Source: a virus (Duplodnaviria > Caudoviricetes). From it: a DNA stretch of 38,383 nucleotides. Location: positions 1 to 38,383 of the IMG/VR virus record IMGVR_UViG_3300027777_000006; one strand, written 5' to 3'. Of the stretch, positions 15,315 through 25,403 are shown one piece after another (positions within the stretch are counted from its first letter, which is position 1; the number at the start of each line of letters is the position of its first letter). The position numbers were made by a program, and so were the translations under genes. The notes beneath the pieces were generated by a model. It worked only from the letters and a program-made list of their open reading frames with translations, was not told the origin of the DNA and did no database searches.

Positions 15315-18300
15315 TTATTCGGTTGCGTTCTCAACGACACCCGCAACTGCCTTTCCGGTGTTGCTCCATGCACCCACTGCTGCGAGTGCCTTTGCTGCGA
15401 GGGTCTTCTTGAAGAGGGCAGAAAGCACTAACCCCGCAGCAAGTGAAGTAGACTTCACCAGTTCCGCGTAGTCTTTGCCCTTCATCTCGTCATCCATGAG
15501 ATGCTTCCAGACACGCTTGTTCGCCCCGACCAAATCCGAGAACGGATTGCCGGAGGTGAAGAACGGATTATGTCCAGTGATCGCCGCTTTGATTCCGGTC
15601 GAGAAGATAGGCCCAACGACAGGGACACCGTAGAGTGGGCCTGCGGCAATCGTTCCCACGAGGTCATGCCAATCTAGCACCTCCTCCTTCTGCTTGTCGC
15701 TTCCGGCAAGGTAGGTGTACGCGGCATGAATAAGCCACTCGACGGCACCCGCGGCAAGCCAACCTCCGACCACCATGCGGGCAGCATGATCAAGATGAAC
15801 CCCTGCCTTTCCTGCGGCAGTGGTCTCTTTGCCAGCATCGATGCCAGATGACTTCACGATATCGATGACCTTTGCGAGTCTCTGCTGTGCAGGCCCCGCG
15901 AACATCTGAATCCAATCCGGCCCAACGGAACCCCAACGGGAGATCGTTTTATCGATTCCAAAGGTGGGGTTCATGGTCTCGTGGAGCATGTCATCCACCT
16001 TTTCTTGAGCATATTGGTGCTGTGCCGCGGGATCAGTGATGCCGAGACCCTTTGCCTCACGGATAGCACCATCGTAGCGTACTGCCGATGACCATGCCGC
16101 GGAGACGTTGACCGTCCCGTGGATGCCCGCCATTGAGAGCTTGCCTGCCTCATTGCCGTAGATGGCGACATTGGTGAGTAGCTGACTCTTGAACTCCTTT
16201 GCCGCTTTGATCGCGTCTGAGCCGGACTCCGCATGAGACTGATCGGAGAACCGCTTCACGGACTGATCTTTGATCATGCTGTCTTTGCCGAACCATGCGC
16301 CACGATCTGATGTCATCGACCCTACCTTCAATGCGGAGAGTAGGAACTCATGGAACGGCATCACTAGCAGTGGCGCGGTGGCAACGGTAACGTGCTTGAC
16401 TGCGGTCGGCACCGAACCTCCGAGAGTCGCCACTGACAAAACCCCCCCCCACACCTTATTGAGAGCATTGTTGAAGGAGGTGATGTTGCCAGTAGTCTGA
16501 GCGTCCCGTGCCATCACCTTCATGAAGTTCTGCATGAAGAGCTTGTGGTCTGCCTTATTCGTGCCGATGGCATTGAGGACTCCGAGATCACCAAAGACAC
16601 CGCGAAAGTCGCGGAGCATCTCGGCATGAGAGACCCAATAGTTCACATTCTGAATGTGGTTCTGTAGCTTTGCCCATGCGTTGTCGTAGCGGAGGATGCC
16701 ACCGAAGTTGCCGCGGGACTTCGACCACGAAGGTTGACCACTTGCACCTCCTGCCTGCCCCTCATCCATATTGATGATTTTGTCGGGGTCGGAGGTCTGA
16801 AAGGTGAGGGGGGAATAGTTCTCAATGCGGGGGAGATCGACTCCGTACAACCTACGGAAGACCGCATTGATCCGGTCGTAGTTGTCGTAACTCTTGCGGG
16901 CGAGATCGTAGACGGCACCTGCTCCGGACTTCATTACCAACTCGCGGATCTGATCCACTACTTCGGGGGTCAATCCGTTCCGCTCAATCTTCTGCTGTGC
17001 GTCCGGTTGATCGCTTGCCATCAGAGCATCAACGAACTGGAGGGGGGATAGCTTCAACTCCTCCTTGTCTCCGAGTTCCGTGATCTCATGGACATCGACC
17101 TTCTTAATGCTCCACTCACCCTTTTTATTCTTTGTGTCGTTCTCTAGTAGGTGGGTGAGGTAGTCGTACTCACGGTCGGGGATCAGACCCTCATACTTCT
17201 TGATGTCTCCGCGTTCCACCGTCCTCACGGTGTAGACGCTATTGGGGTAGACCATGATGCCCGTCTCGTTGAGCATCTTTGAGAGCTTTGCAATGGTGCG
17301 GAGTGCCGCGATCCTGCTGATCGGCTTATCCTCTTTGCCCCATGCTTTGCGGAGGGTGTCGATTGCCTCCTTCTTGAACGTCACATTGGCATCCGCTTCC
17401 GTATGAGTCGCCTCATAGATCCTACGGACAAAGCGATCCGCAAGTGGGGAGTTCTTGAGGATCTGCCGGAAGAGAGCAGTGGGTCTCTGCATCGCATCGA
17501 TCTGAGAGGTGACGGGTTCAATGACACCATTGGCACGTTGCTCTGCCACCGCGAGTCCCGTAGGGGTTCCCTTCTTGCCGTTATTGACGATGTCGAGCAC
17601 CTGCTGCCGGATCGCTTTGGTCTGAGCAGTTCGCGCCTTCCGCTCGGCATTGAAGTCAAAGCGACCCTCCGTGATGATGCTCTTGAGTTCCTCTACCGAT
17701 GCTGCCATCCGGTCAATATCCCGCCTGCGGAGTTCCGCGGTCTTGACCTTGCCCTCCTCATTGGTGGGAGACATTCCTCCGTGCAGGTCGGTCAACCATA
17801 TCTGAGCGTCCAGCTTATCGAGGCGGGCCTGCCTCTCCTCGTCGGAGTAGACACCTTCACCATTCTCTAGCTTGGCCTTCTCAGCCTCAAGATTCTGTGA
17901 GTGGGTGGAAATCTCAGCGAGATCCATGTGGGAGTACCGTTGGATGTCGGCGAGGATCGCATGCGTGTCGGCACCGAGCTTGCCCTTCGGAGCCTTACCC
18001 GCTTTGAACTTCGGCTCTGCCTTCTCCAGTAGCTTTTGGTGACGATCAGAGTACTCGGCGACAAGAGTGTCATCGAGTGCCTGTTTCGCTTTGCGTACCG
18101 TCTTGATGAGGAAGTCGGTGCGGGCCTTATCGTTGTCGAGTGCTGAGTATTGGGTAAAGATATTGCCCGCCTCGCCGGAGTAGGGACTCTTCCAATCGCG
18201 GGTAAATTTGGTGCGGAGATCCTTCGGGAGAGAGTTGATGACGGCATTGATCTCGATAAGACCCTGCTCACGGTACTTCTCCTCAAGAGTGCCATTGGTC

Positions 18301-21300
18301 TCGCGGGCATCTGCGCGAGCGAAGGCATCGATGACTGACTGCACTTTGCTGACCTTCTTCCGCATGCTCTCCCAAATTGGGGTGTAGACATCGGGGTCAG
18401 AGTGGACGCGGCGATCCAGTTCGTCTTGGAAGCGTTGACGATCTTCTGCGGAGCGGATGGAGAAGGTGCCGCCATCCTTCTCGACTACAATAAGCGTGTG
18501 ATCTTTGTAGTCTTCGGGAGACTGAACGTCTACGGAAGATCCAAACTTATGGGATGCCTTATTTGCACCCGCGATCCGAGAAAACTCCTCTGGAGTGATC
18601 GACGCTAGATTGCCTCGTCCACCATCTTCTGGGCTTCTTCCAGTGTCTTCGCCAGACCCCGACTTAATACGGATTGTGCTGCCAGACTCCCTTTCGATTC
18701 TGTCGAGTTCGTCTCGGAGCTTGGCTGGGTCTTTGATGCTGAATGTTGCATCTCCTGCCTCACTTGCTCCGTTGCTCTGTCCCCCACTTCGCGGATCAAG
18801 TCCAGAAATGTCGCCGAGCTTTTGTCGGATTGCGGCTTCTGTGTATCCAGAGATTGATTGGTCGGTTTTTGCATGTGCGTATCCAGCGTTCTTTGCTGAT
18901 TCAATCATATAGAACCAACGGATCGCTTGCAAGGCGGAAGGGGGCAGGTCGAGTCCAGTGGACTTCTTGAACTGCTCGCCAAACACGCGGGAGAAGTTTT
19001 GGAACAACTGGTGCTCGTCCATGTTGACTGGCAGTCCTGTGCCAGACTTGAACATTTCTGGGAAGTGAGACCGGACAAACCGTGCCTCCCAAATATCGGT
19101 GGTCGTGAACCGATCATCTCCAGTGGTGTTTAGGGTGTAGGCACCAACCTTTGAGCCAAATGCAAACATGCGCGGAATGAGTTCATCTTGACCAGTTGCC
19201 TCCATGACAACCTTTCGGATCTTTCCAATATCCCCAACGTCACCTTTGAATCCGAGTTCACGGTTGAATGCGTTGAGTTCCTTTGATGTTACTGCCTCAT
19301 GAAGGTAGTCATGAACCTTCTGCCAAGACCCCAACTTGCTGAACAAGGAATCAATTCCATGCAGGGAGAATATCTTTAGGGCACCAGTGGTGCCCTCAAG
19401 ATTGAATGGGTTGCCGTCTTTTACTTTCCGGTTTCCCTTGGGACTCCATTCCCACTCCATCGACTTGAGGGAACCCGTCTCCTTCCACAACTTCATAAGC
19501 TGCACTGCATCCTTCATGTTGCCCGCCAATTTTGTGCTTGGTGAACATAGTCCGGTGATGATTCTAAATCCTACAAACTCGTCATCGGTTATGTCGGGGA
19601 ATGCCTGCTTGAGTAATGAGTTGGTGAGTTCCCAATCTTTGTGATAATAGTTCTGATATTGGGGGTTTTTCTTCAACCAATCCAACACATCTGGCAACCC
19701 TTTGTTAACTGCTTTTAGTATGTTCTCGGTTGTGGGCTTAAAGTTCATTCCCCCCTTGGCAACCATCTTTGCCCAAAACTCAGAGAAGAAGTGACCTTCT
19801 GCATCCTCTCCTGCTTTTGCTAGTTCCCTAGCTTTCTTCATTACCTCCTTTGCCAACTCCGAGTTTTTCTGAGCATGTTCAACTCCTTTGCCAAGGGAGA
19901 AGGTCGGTTGCCCTGCTGCCTCAAGATGAGGGTTTGCTGCCTCTGCCAGTATCTCGGCACTCTTCGGTGCCAATCGATCCTCTGTGGGCAATCCTAACGC
20001 ATTGGCGAGGTACTCGGAGAACTCCTTTGGGATCTCTCCGGCATCCACTGCCGATTTCACATGGAGACCCAACTCCGCGACATCCGCAAAGTAGGAACTA
20101 AGCCCCATATAGTAACCCTTCAAGTCTGCGGGATACGCTTCAAAATCTGCGATGTGACCACCAAAAAGATGCATGCCCGCTTTGGTGACACCCTCAATCA
20201 CTTCACTCCGGTTGGGGTCAACTTTATTGGGCATGAAGACTACGGGTGAACCGTTACGAGCGGAGACTGCTGCCTCCGTTGCGGCGACCCATGAGGTGAA
20301 TTGCTCCGGTGTCACCCTGCCGGATTGCAGAATGCGATCAGTCCACATGTCGAGAGACTCGTGTCGGTTGACATCCGGTGTGCCCTTCGCGTTGGTGATG
20401 TTGGAAACAAACCGTTGAGTGTCCTCAAGAAAATGGGTCTTCTGCCAACCTTCCACCATTGCTTTGATGGCATCACTGCCGTCCGGCAACTCCGCTCTCA
20501 AGATGCGTTGCTTTGCCTCTTCGTCGAGATTTTCAAAACCGGATAGCTTGTTGGATTCTCCCGTGTGAAGGGAGAAGTTGTAATGAAAGTTGATGCCGTC
20601 GATTCCCTGCCGTGCCGCGTTCTCTGTGATCCGCTTCTCTTCTCCAAAGGAGGATAGGAGGTGGATGCGCCAAATCCCGCTTGCTTGAGCAAAGACATCG
20701 TTGGCTTGACCGATGTCCTCTGTCCTCGTGAGTTCATGCACGTTGCCATTGATGGGATCGAGGATCTTAACCACATGCTCTCCGGTCTTTTGATCGGTGA
20801 AGAAAGTGGGGAACGTAGGGTCTGACTGCTCATTGGTTGCCAGTTCATGCAACTGCTGCCGGAACTTCTCGCCTGCTACCACATCGCGGGTCTTCCATGC
20901 GGCTCGATAGGTGGCGGGGATCTCTGCATCGGTCTTCCCGACCAGCAGATTCTTGTCGAGTCCTGCGACCCGTGCCGAGAGGGGGTCACGCAAGTAAGCG
21001 ATTTGTGACTCAATCTGCTCCGGTGTGAGTCTCTCGTGTGCCGCGGCACCTACGATCAGCATCGTCACAAAGGAGGTGGGGGTCTCCATGGCAGACCTCT
21101 TGAGATCCTCAATGAGTGAACCGTCCTGCGAGAAGTCTTGATTGAGACCGCGGAAGAGAGCGTCACCGAATGCCTCCACCACCTGCGAAGAGGTTGCTCC
21201 TGCCGTACCTACAGAAGCATGCAGGAATTGGTTAAAGATCGGTCTGTCGAGGGCAAGCGTGTTAATTACTGCCTCGGTAGCAGGGAAGGCACGGGAGACC

Positions 21301-22628
21301 GTTCCGAGACCGAGCATCATAGGGAGGATCGAAAGAGTGCCAAAGGCATCTGTCTTTGCCTCAATAGCGGCAAGAGAGGCATCGGGGTTGTTTACGATCT
21401 GCCTGTCCTTAAAGGAGATCATGCCCTCACCGAACATGAAGGCATTGCCAACTGCGGGGCCGAATGAGTATGCCGCAATAATGGGGGCAACTCCGGCAAC
21501 TCCGAGCATCACGTTCTCCGAGAAGTTATCACCCTGCAACGGATTCACATCCTCATTGGCAATGGTGCGGAGGAGTGCCCGTGTGCGGATCTTGTGGAGT
21601 TCTTTGCTGGCATCGATGCCCGCTACGCTCGACATGTCACTAACTGCGGCAAGTTGCATCTGATCCTTTGCTGCCGGAAGGATATTACCAAAGAGGCGAC
21701 CCATCTTTTGGGTCATCTTGTACATCACATTGCTATTGTCTTTCCCCTTATTCTGATGAGCGGCATAGGAACGGATGAGGTTGCGAACCTGCGGGATGTC
21801 TTGAGCCGGAACCTCTGCCAGTTCACTAGCGAGGTGCTGTTGCATCTCCGGTGTCTTCTTGTCCTGCCGGATGGTGGACTCTGAATTGGGGTTACTGGAG
21901 TCGCCTCCGAGAGCGGCATTCACCACTCCGGTAGCGGTCTTGATCTTGTTGCCGAGGTCGGTGTCTTGATCGTCGTTGATGAAGTTATCAACAATCTGTT
22001 TAGCGAGACCCGCATACTGAGACTGCAATCCGTGTCTGGCAGGCCCGTAGGACTGCATCCATGCCTGCATCTTTTGAGTGTCCGGCACCCCCACAAAGGA
22101 ACCCGCATGCTGAGTGTTCCACTCGGCATATCGCACGAGTAGGTTTTTGCTATATCCGGCACCAGCATCTTCTTCTGAGTCGGCAAGTGCCTGCTTCTTC
22201 GCCTCATCTAGTGCGCTCGACTGATTGTATTGAGTCTCGACCTTCTTACCGAGTTGAGAGCGGAACTCGGCCTCAGTCTTGGGCATGTCCCAATTCTGAT
22301 CTTTCACATACTGCTGCTTGAATTGCTCGTAGTTCTGACCGATCTCCTCGACGGGTTTGCCACTCAACGCGGCGAGTCCGTGCATGTTGAGAGAGAGGTC
22401 GCGGAAGTCTTGAGGGTTGTCATCCACCTTAGAGGCACCAATCGCGGCAGGGGTCTTGCCTCCGTTGTTCTCTTTGTCCGTGAATGCGGCATGCCATCCA
22501 CCGAGTTCGTTGGAAGGCAGGGAGGAGACGGGAGCCGGATTTAGCGGGGCATCCTCAAACGCATTGAGGTTCCGCTCAAAGGGGGTCTGAAGATCGAGTG
22601 ACGGTTCGGGTGTGGGTGTTTCATCCAT
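15315..22628 (-). CDS. Giant internal virion/ejection protein (polyvalent) with an embedded HhH-GPD glycosylase-like module
   Basis: 2437 aa in the T7 gp16 position after two smaller internal virion genes; helical, with hydrophobic C-terminal segments; central insert contains LCSP...FGSKVG...TTDIW...LQAIRW. Confidence 0.85.
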   Translation of the reverse strand: MDETPTPEPSLDLQTPFERNLNAFEDAPLNPAPVSSLPSNELGGWHAAFTDKENNGGKTPAAIGASKVDDNPQDFRDLSLNMHGLAALSGKPVEEIGQNYEQFKQQYVKDQNWDMPKTEAEFRSQLGKKVETQYNQSSALDEAKKQALADSEEDAGAGYSKNLLVRYAEWNTQHAGSFVGVPDTQKMQAWMQSYGPARHGLQSQYAGLAKQIVDNFINDDQDTDLGNKIKTATGVVNAALGGDSSNPNSESTIRQDKKTPEMQQHLASELAEVPAQDIPQVRNLIRSYAAHQNKGKDNSNVMYKMTQKMGRLFGNILPAAKDQMQLAAVSDMSSVAGIDASKELHKIRTRALLRTIANEDVNPLQGDNFSENVMLGVAGVAPIIAAYSFGPAVGNAFMFGEGMISFKDRQIVNNPDASLAAIEAKTDAFGTLSILPMMLGLGTVSRAFPATEAVINTLALDRPIFNQFLHASVGTAGATSSQVVEAFGDALFRGLNQDFSQDGSLIEDLKRSAMETPTSFVTMLIVGAAAHERLTPEQIESQIAYLRDPLSARVAGLDKNLLVGKTDAEIPATYRAAWKTRDVVAGEKFRQQLHELATNEQSDPTFPTFFTDQKTGEHVVKILDPINGNVHELTRTEDIGQANDVFAQASGIWRIHLLSSFGEEKRITENAARQGIDGINFHYNFSLHTGESNKLSGFENLDEEAKQRILRAELPDGSDAIKAMVEGWQKTHFLEDTQRFVSNITNAKGTPDVNRHESLDMWTDRILQSGRVTPEQFTSWVAATEAAVSARNGSPVVFMPNKVDPNRSEVIEGVTKAGMHLFGGHIADFEAYPADLKGYYMGLSSYFADVAELGLHVKSAVDAGEIPKEFSEYLANALGLPTEDRLAPKSAEILAEAANPHLEAAGQPTFSLGKGVEHAQKNSELAKEVMKKARELAKAGEDAEGHFFSEFWAKMVAKGGMNFKPTTENILKAVNKGLPDVLDWLKKNPQYQNYYHKDWELTNSLLKQAFPDITDDEFVGFRIITGLCSPSTKLAGNMKDAVQLMKLWKETGSLKSMEWEWSPKGNRKVKDGNPFNLEGTTGALKIFSLHGIDSLFSKLGSWQKVHDYLHEAVTSKELNAFNRELGFKGDVGDIGKIRKVVMEATGQDELIPRMFAFGSKVGAYTLNTTGDDRFTTTDIWEARFVRSHFPEMFKSGTGLPVNMDEHQLFQNFSRVFGEQFKKSTGLDLPPSALQAIRWFYMIESAKNAGYAHAKTDQSISGYTEAAIRQKLGDISGLDPRSGGQSNGASEAGDATFSIKDPAKLRDELDRIERESGSTIRIKSGSGEDTGRSPEDGGRGNLASITPEEFSRIAGANKASHKFGSSVDVQSPEDYKDHTLIVVEKDGGTFSIRSAEDRQRFQDELDRRVHSDPDVYTPIWESMRKKVSKVQSVIDAFARADARETNGTLEEKYREQGLIEINAVINSLPKDLRTKFTRDWKSPYSGEAGNIFTQYSALDNDKARTDFLIKTVRKAKQALDDTLVAEYSDRHQKLLEKAEPKFKAGKAPKGKLGADTHAILADIQRYSHMDLAEISTHSQNLEAEKAKLENGEGVYSDEERQARLDKLDAQIWLTDLHGGMSPTNEEGKVKTAELRRRDIDRMAASVEELKSIITEGRFDFNAERKARTAQTKAIRQQVLDIVNNGKKGTPTGLAVAEQRANGVIEPVTSQIDAMQRPTALFRQILKNSPLADRFVRRIYEATHTEADANVTFKKEAIDTLRKAWGKEDKPISRIAALRTIAKLSKMLNETGIMVYPNSVYTVRTVERGDIKKYEGLIPDREYDYLTHLLENDTKNKKGEWSIKKVDVHEITELGDKEELKLSPLQFVDALMASDQPDAQQKIERNGLTPEVVDQIRELVMKSGAGAVYDLARKSYDNYDRINAVFRRLYGVDLPRIENYSPLTFQTSDPDKIINMDEGQAGGASGQPSWSKSRGNFGGILRYDNAWAKLQNHIQNVNYWVSHAEMLRDFRGVFGDLGVLNAIGTNKADHKLFMQNFMKVMARDAQTTGNITSFNNALNKVWGGVLSVATLGGSVPTAVKHVTVATAPLLVMPFHEFLLSALKVGSMTSDRGAWFGKDSMIKDQSVKRFSDQSHAESGSDAIKAAKEFKSQLLTNVAIYGNEAGKLSMAGIHGTVNVSAAWSSAVRYDGAIREAKGLGITDPAAQHQYAQEKVDDMLHETMNPTFGIDKTISRWGSVGPDWIQMFAGPAQQRLAKVIDIVKSSGIDAGKETTAAGKAGVHLDHAARMVVGGWLAAGAVEWLIHAAYTYLAGSDKQKEEVLDWHDLVGTIAAGPLYGVPVVGPIFSTGIKAAITGHNPFFTSGNPFSDLVGANKRVWKHLMDDEMKGKDYAELVKSTSLAAGLVLSALFKKTLAAKALAAVGAWSNTGKAVAGVVENATE

Positions 22629-22633
22629 GAAAG

Positions 22634-24541
22634 TTAGGCGGGTACGATGCGGTACTGGACGGGATCTTTGCCCTTCAGCTTGAGTTCGCGGTGGACGGCA
22701 CCCGTGAGGTCAAGAGTGGTTCCCTGCCGATTCTCGACCCACTTGGCAGGCCCAAGATCAGCGATAGGAATCTTGACGGTTTGATTGTTTGCCGTTGCCT
22801 CGACCGCGTACTTTGCTACGTCCTTCGGGTCGGTAGGATCGATCCCGTGAGCGCGGAGAACCTTCTCGGAAAGGGATGCGCCCATGTAGGTTGGGTCTGC
22901 TGTTTTGGTTCCGGCATACCTTCCGTTGCCGTTGTCTTCCTTATCGGGAGACCCATCCACATTGGTTCCGAAGGAGGTGGCGACAGCACTGCTCCATCCG
23001 GCACCCGCGTCAGAAGTCTTAATCACCGGAGCAGGCACTGACTGCTTCCACCATAGGGAACCCTCTATCTTTGGATGAGATGCACGGTAGTTGCGGGTCT
23101 CTTGGTTGATGATTTTGGCGGCCTCGGCATCGTTCTGTGGGCCTGCTGCGCGAACCTTATCCATGATTCCATCGCGGATCGCCGACCCTTTGAGGTAGCT
23201 ATCAAGTTCCGCTTTGGATGCGGTGCCCTTTCGGATCTTGGCATCCAACACGGAGAGCTTGTCATCGATGAGTCTGCCGGAATTGAAGATCGCATCGACC
23301 TGCTGCGCGGCGTTGGTCATCACTCCCGTCTCCGGCTTGAGTCTGCCGTTGTTGCCGACCATCTCGGCAAACTTGTCATCTAGTTTCTTGATCAGAACGG
23401 GTGCCGTAGCATCGGAGACATTGGCACCGATCCATGTCTTGCGGTCGAGGAGTTCTTTGGTGGGGTTGTTGAGATCCTTTGGGAAGGTGTCCACGAGGTT
23501 CTGCCCCGCGGTGTCGTAGACCTTTGCCTCGTCTCCCGTCCTATTGTATGCTGCCCGCATGCGGAGCATCTGCTTCTGCTCTTCCGGTGCGGCTTGAAAT
23601 TCGGGGTACTGCTCCAACTGCTTTGGGTCGATGATGTGCTTCGCTTGAATCCGATTCATCATGGGATCAACGCTGTTTGCCCACACATTCTGAAAGTGGA
23701 TCACCTCACCGATCTTGCCGAGCTTCACGAGATTTTCGGGAGAGAGGTTCGGTGCGTTTTTAATCGATCCACCCGCCTCTCCGGTAGCTTTGATACTCTT
23801 GTAGAGTTCGCCTTTAGTGTCATCCCTCATGGAGTTGATCACTCCATCAAACTGCTCGTTGGTCTTGATGTTGGTCTCAATCTTCTCGCCATCGGCATGC
23901 GTGATGGCACCCGTAAGAACGGAGTTGTCTTTCACTTTCCTCACTTCACCGTACTGCTTGGACTGCATGTAGGTGTCCATGAGTTCACCCTGCTTTGCGG
24001 CGAACTGCTGGTGCTTGAAAGTGTTCGCATCATTGGAGGCTTGAGCGAGGCCCCGCGTGAATGCGTTGGTCGATTCTGCCGAATACGCGGCCTGCTGGTG
24101 TGGGTCGAGACCCTCACTAAAGCGTTGACCTCCGTTGGTGATCTTCAGCCACTCGCCAGCACGTTGCTCAACGGAGATATGATTGTCGGGATTGTTGATC
24201 CGCTCGTTGTACTCACCCTCAATCTTGAGCTTGTTGAGTTGAAAGGGTTGCATGCCCGTGACTTCGGCCTGCTTGAGTTCTGCGGTCTTCTGACCCTTTG
24301 CGAAGTAGAGGGCACCGGAGGTGATGTTTCCACCTGCGGAGGTCATGTTGTTGCCGAGTGATGCTCCGGCCCTCCCTATGGCACCTGCTGCCTGCGGGTT
24401 CTGCATAACCCCCTCAAACCCGCGGGCAATGTCCGCTTTGGCTTGCCCGCCGACTTGATCTCCCGCGTACTGCGGAGACATCGTCATGTTGGCAACCTGC
24501 TGCGGTGCGTTGGGGATCTCGGAAAGTTTAATGACTGCCAT
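22634..24541 (-). CDS. Internal virion protein with C-terminal double-psi beta-barrel (RlpA-like) muralytic domain
   Basis: Helical body; C-terminal ATSFG...IADLGP...TLDLT pattern. Confidence 0.75.
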   Translation of the reverse strand: MAVIKLSEIPNAPQQVANMTMSPQYAGDQVGGQAKADIARGFEGVMQNPQAAGAIGRAGASLGNNMTSAGGNITSGALYFAKGQKTAELKQAEVTGMQPFQLNKLKIEGEYNERINNPDNHISVEQRAGEWLKITNGGQRFSEGLDPHQQAAYSAESTNAFTRGLAQASNDANTFKHQQFAAKQGELMDTYMQSKQYGEVRKVKDNSVLTGAITHADGEKIETNIKTNEQFDGVINSMRDDTKGELYKSIKATGEAGGSIKNAPNLSPENLVKLGKIGEVIHFQNVWANSVDPMMNRIQAKHIIDPKQLEQYPEFQAAPEEQKQMLRMRAAYNRTGDEAKVYDTAGQNLVDTFPKDLNNPTKELLDRKTWIGANVSDATAPVLIKKLDDKFAEMVGNNGRLKPETGVMTNAAQQVDAIFNSGRLIDDKLSVLDAKIRKGTASKAELDSYLKGSAIRDGIMDKVRAAGPQNDAEAAKIINQETRNYRASHPKIEGSLWWKQSVPAPVIKTSDAGAGWSSAVATSFGTNVDGSPDKEDNGNGRYAGTKTADPTYMGASLSEKVLRAHGIDPTDPKDVAKYAVEATANNQTVKIPIADLGPAKWVENRQGTTLDLTGAVHRELKLKGKDPVQYRIVPA

Positions 24542-24542
24542 A

Positions 24543-25403
24543 TTATTGCTGCCCGTAGGTTTTTGACCCCATTCCCGTGTACGGTTTGGAACTGACTAGG
24601 GATTGGTTGTTGGGGGTTTGACTGGAGTCGCTCGCCTTGTTCGCTTTGTATTCCTTGTAGGCATACCCTGCATTGGAGACCGTGGTGCCGAGATTGCTGA
24701 TGGCCTCCCCGTAAGCAGCATTGGTCTGTGCGGTGGCCACGTTATTAGCTTGCTGCTGCTGCCCTGACGCACTCTGGAAACCCATCACCTCATTCCAACT
24801 CGCCATCTGCTCCGCGTACTGGTACTGCTTCGCGGTCTCGCGGGTGACTGCGGCTTGATAGGTCTGCATCGTGCCCGCCCAATCCTTTTCGCTTGCCGCG
24901 ACATTGGTGGAATAGAGAGCGTCCATCCGGTTCAACTGCTGCATGCCGGAGTTGTACGCCTGCACAACGATAGGGGAACCGGAATCGACCGTGATCCCGC
25001 TCGCGCCAACTGCCGCTTTGTTGGAGGAGTTCTGAGCGTCCTGCCCCTCGACCATCCGGTTGATGTTCTCGTTACCGAGAGACTCGGTTCCCCGTGCCTG
25101 CTGGTGGAGATTGAGAGCGTTCTTGTCAGCGACATCGGCCTGCGCCATCGCGGTCTTGTAGTTAAGTTGCGCTTGATAGCGAGCGACCGCGGCACTTGCC
25201 GTTGCCTGCTGGCGTTGCTTTGCAGCATTTGACTTTGCTGCTGCCTTTGCATCGGCAGACGCGGTCTCTGAAGAATAGATGGAATAGCCTACACCTACCG
25301 CAGAAACGACAACAGCAGCACCAGCAATGAGTCCCGACTCGTAAACTGGAAACTCCCTGTGCCGTGCCTCCGAAATTGTCTGCGGTGGGGAAATGAACCT
25401 CAT
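24543..25403 (-). CDS. Internal virion protein (T7 gp14-like)
   Basis: Hydrophobic N-terminal helix, Ala/Gln-rich coil, GASGITVDSGSP motif. Confidence 0.78.
   Translation of the reverse strand: MRFISPPQTISEARHREFPVYESGLIAGAAVVVSAVGVGYSIYSSETASADAKAAAKSNAAKQRQQATASAAVARYQAQLNYKTAMAQADVADKNALNLHQQARGTESLGNENINRMVEGQDAQNSSNKAAVGASGITVDSGSPIVVQAYNSGMQQLNRMDALYSTNVAASEKDWAGTMQTYQAAVTRETAKQYQYAEQMASWNEVMGFQSASGQQQQANNVATAQTNAAYGEAISNLGTTVSNAGYAYKEYKANKASDSSQTPNNQSLVSSKPYTGMGSKTYGQQ

Noticed and set aside
15315-22628. Virion RNA polymerase (N4- or crAss-like)
   Set aside because: No DxDGD-type or T7-type polymerase motifs recognised; the RHESLD segment is at best a degenerate zincin HExxH
23594-24361. 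Long plus-strand ORFs (e.g. 23594-24361, 14338-14910, 29413-29961, 30906-31451, 9721-10254)
   Set aside because: Antisense shadows of well-supported minus-strand genes; no motifs or ribosome-binding context
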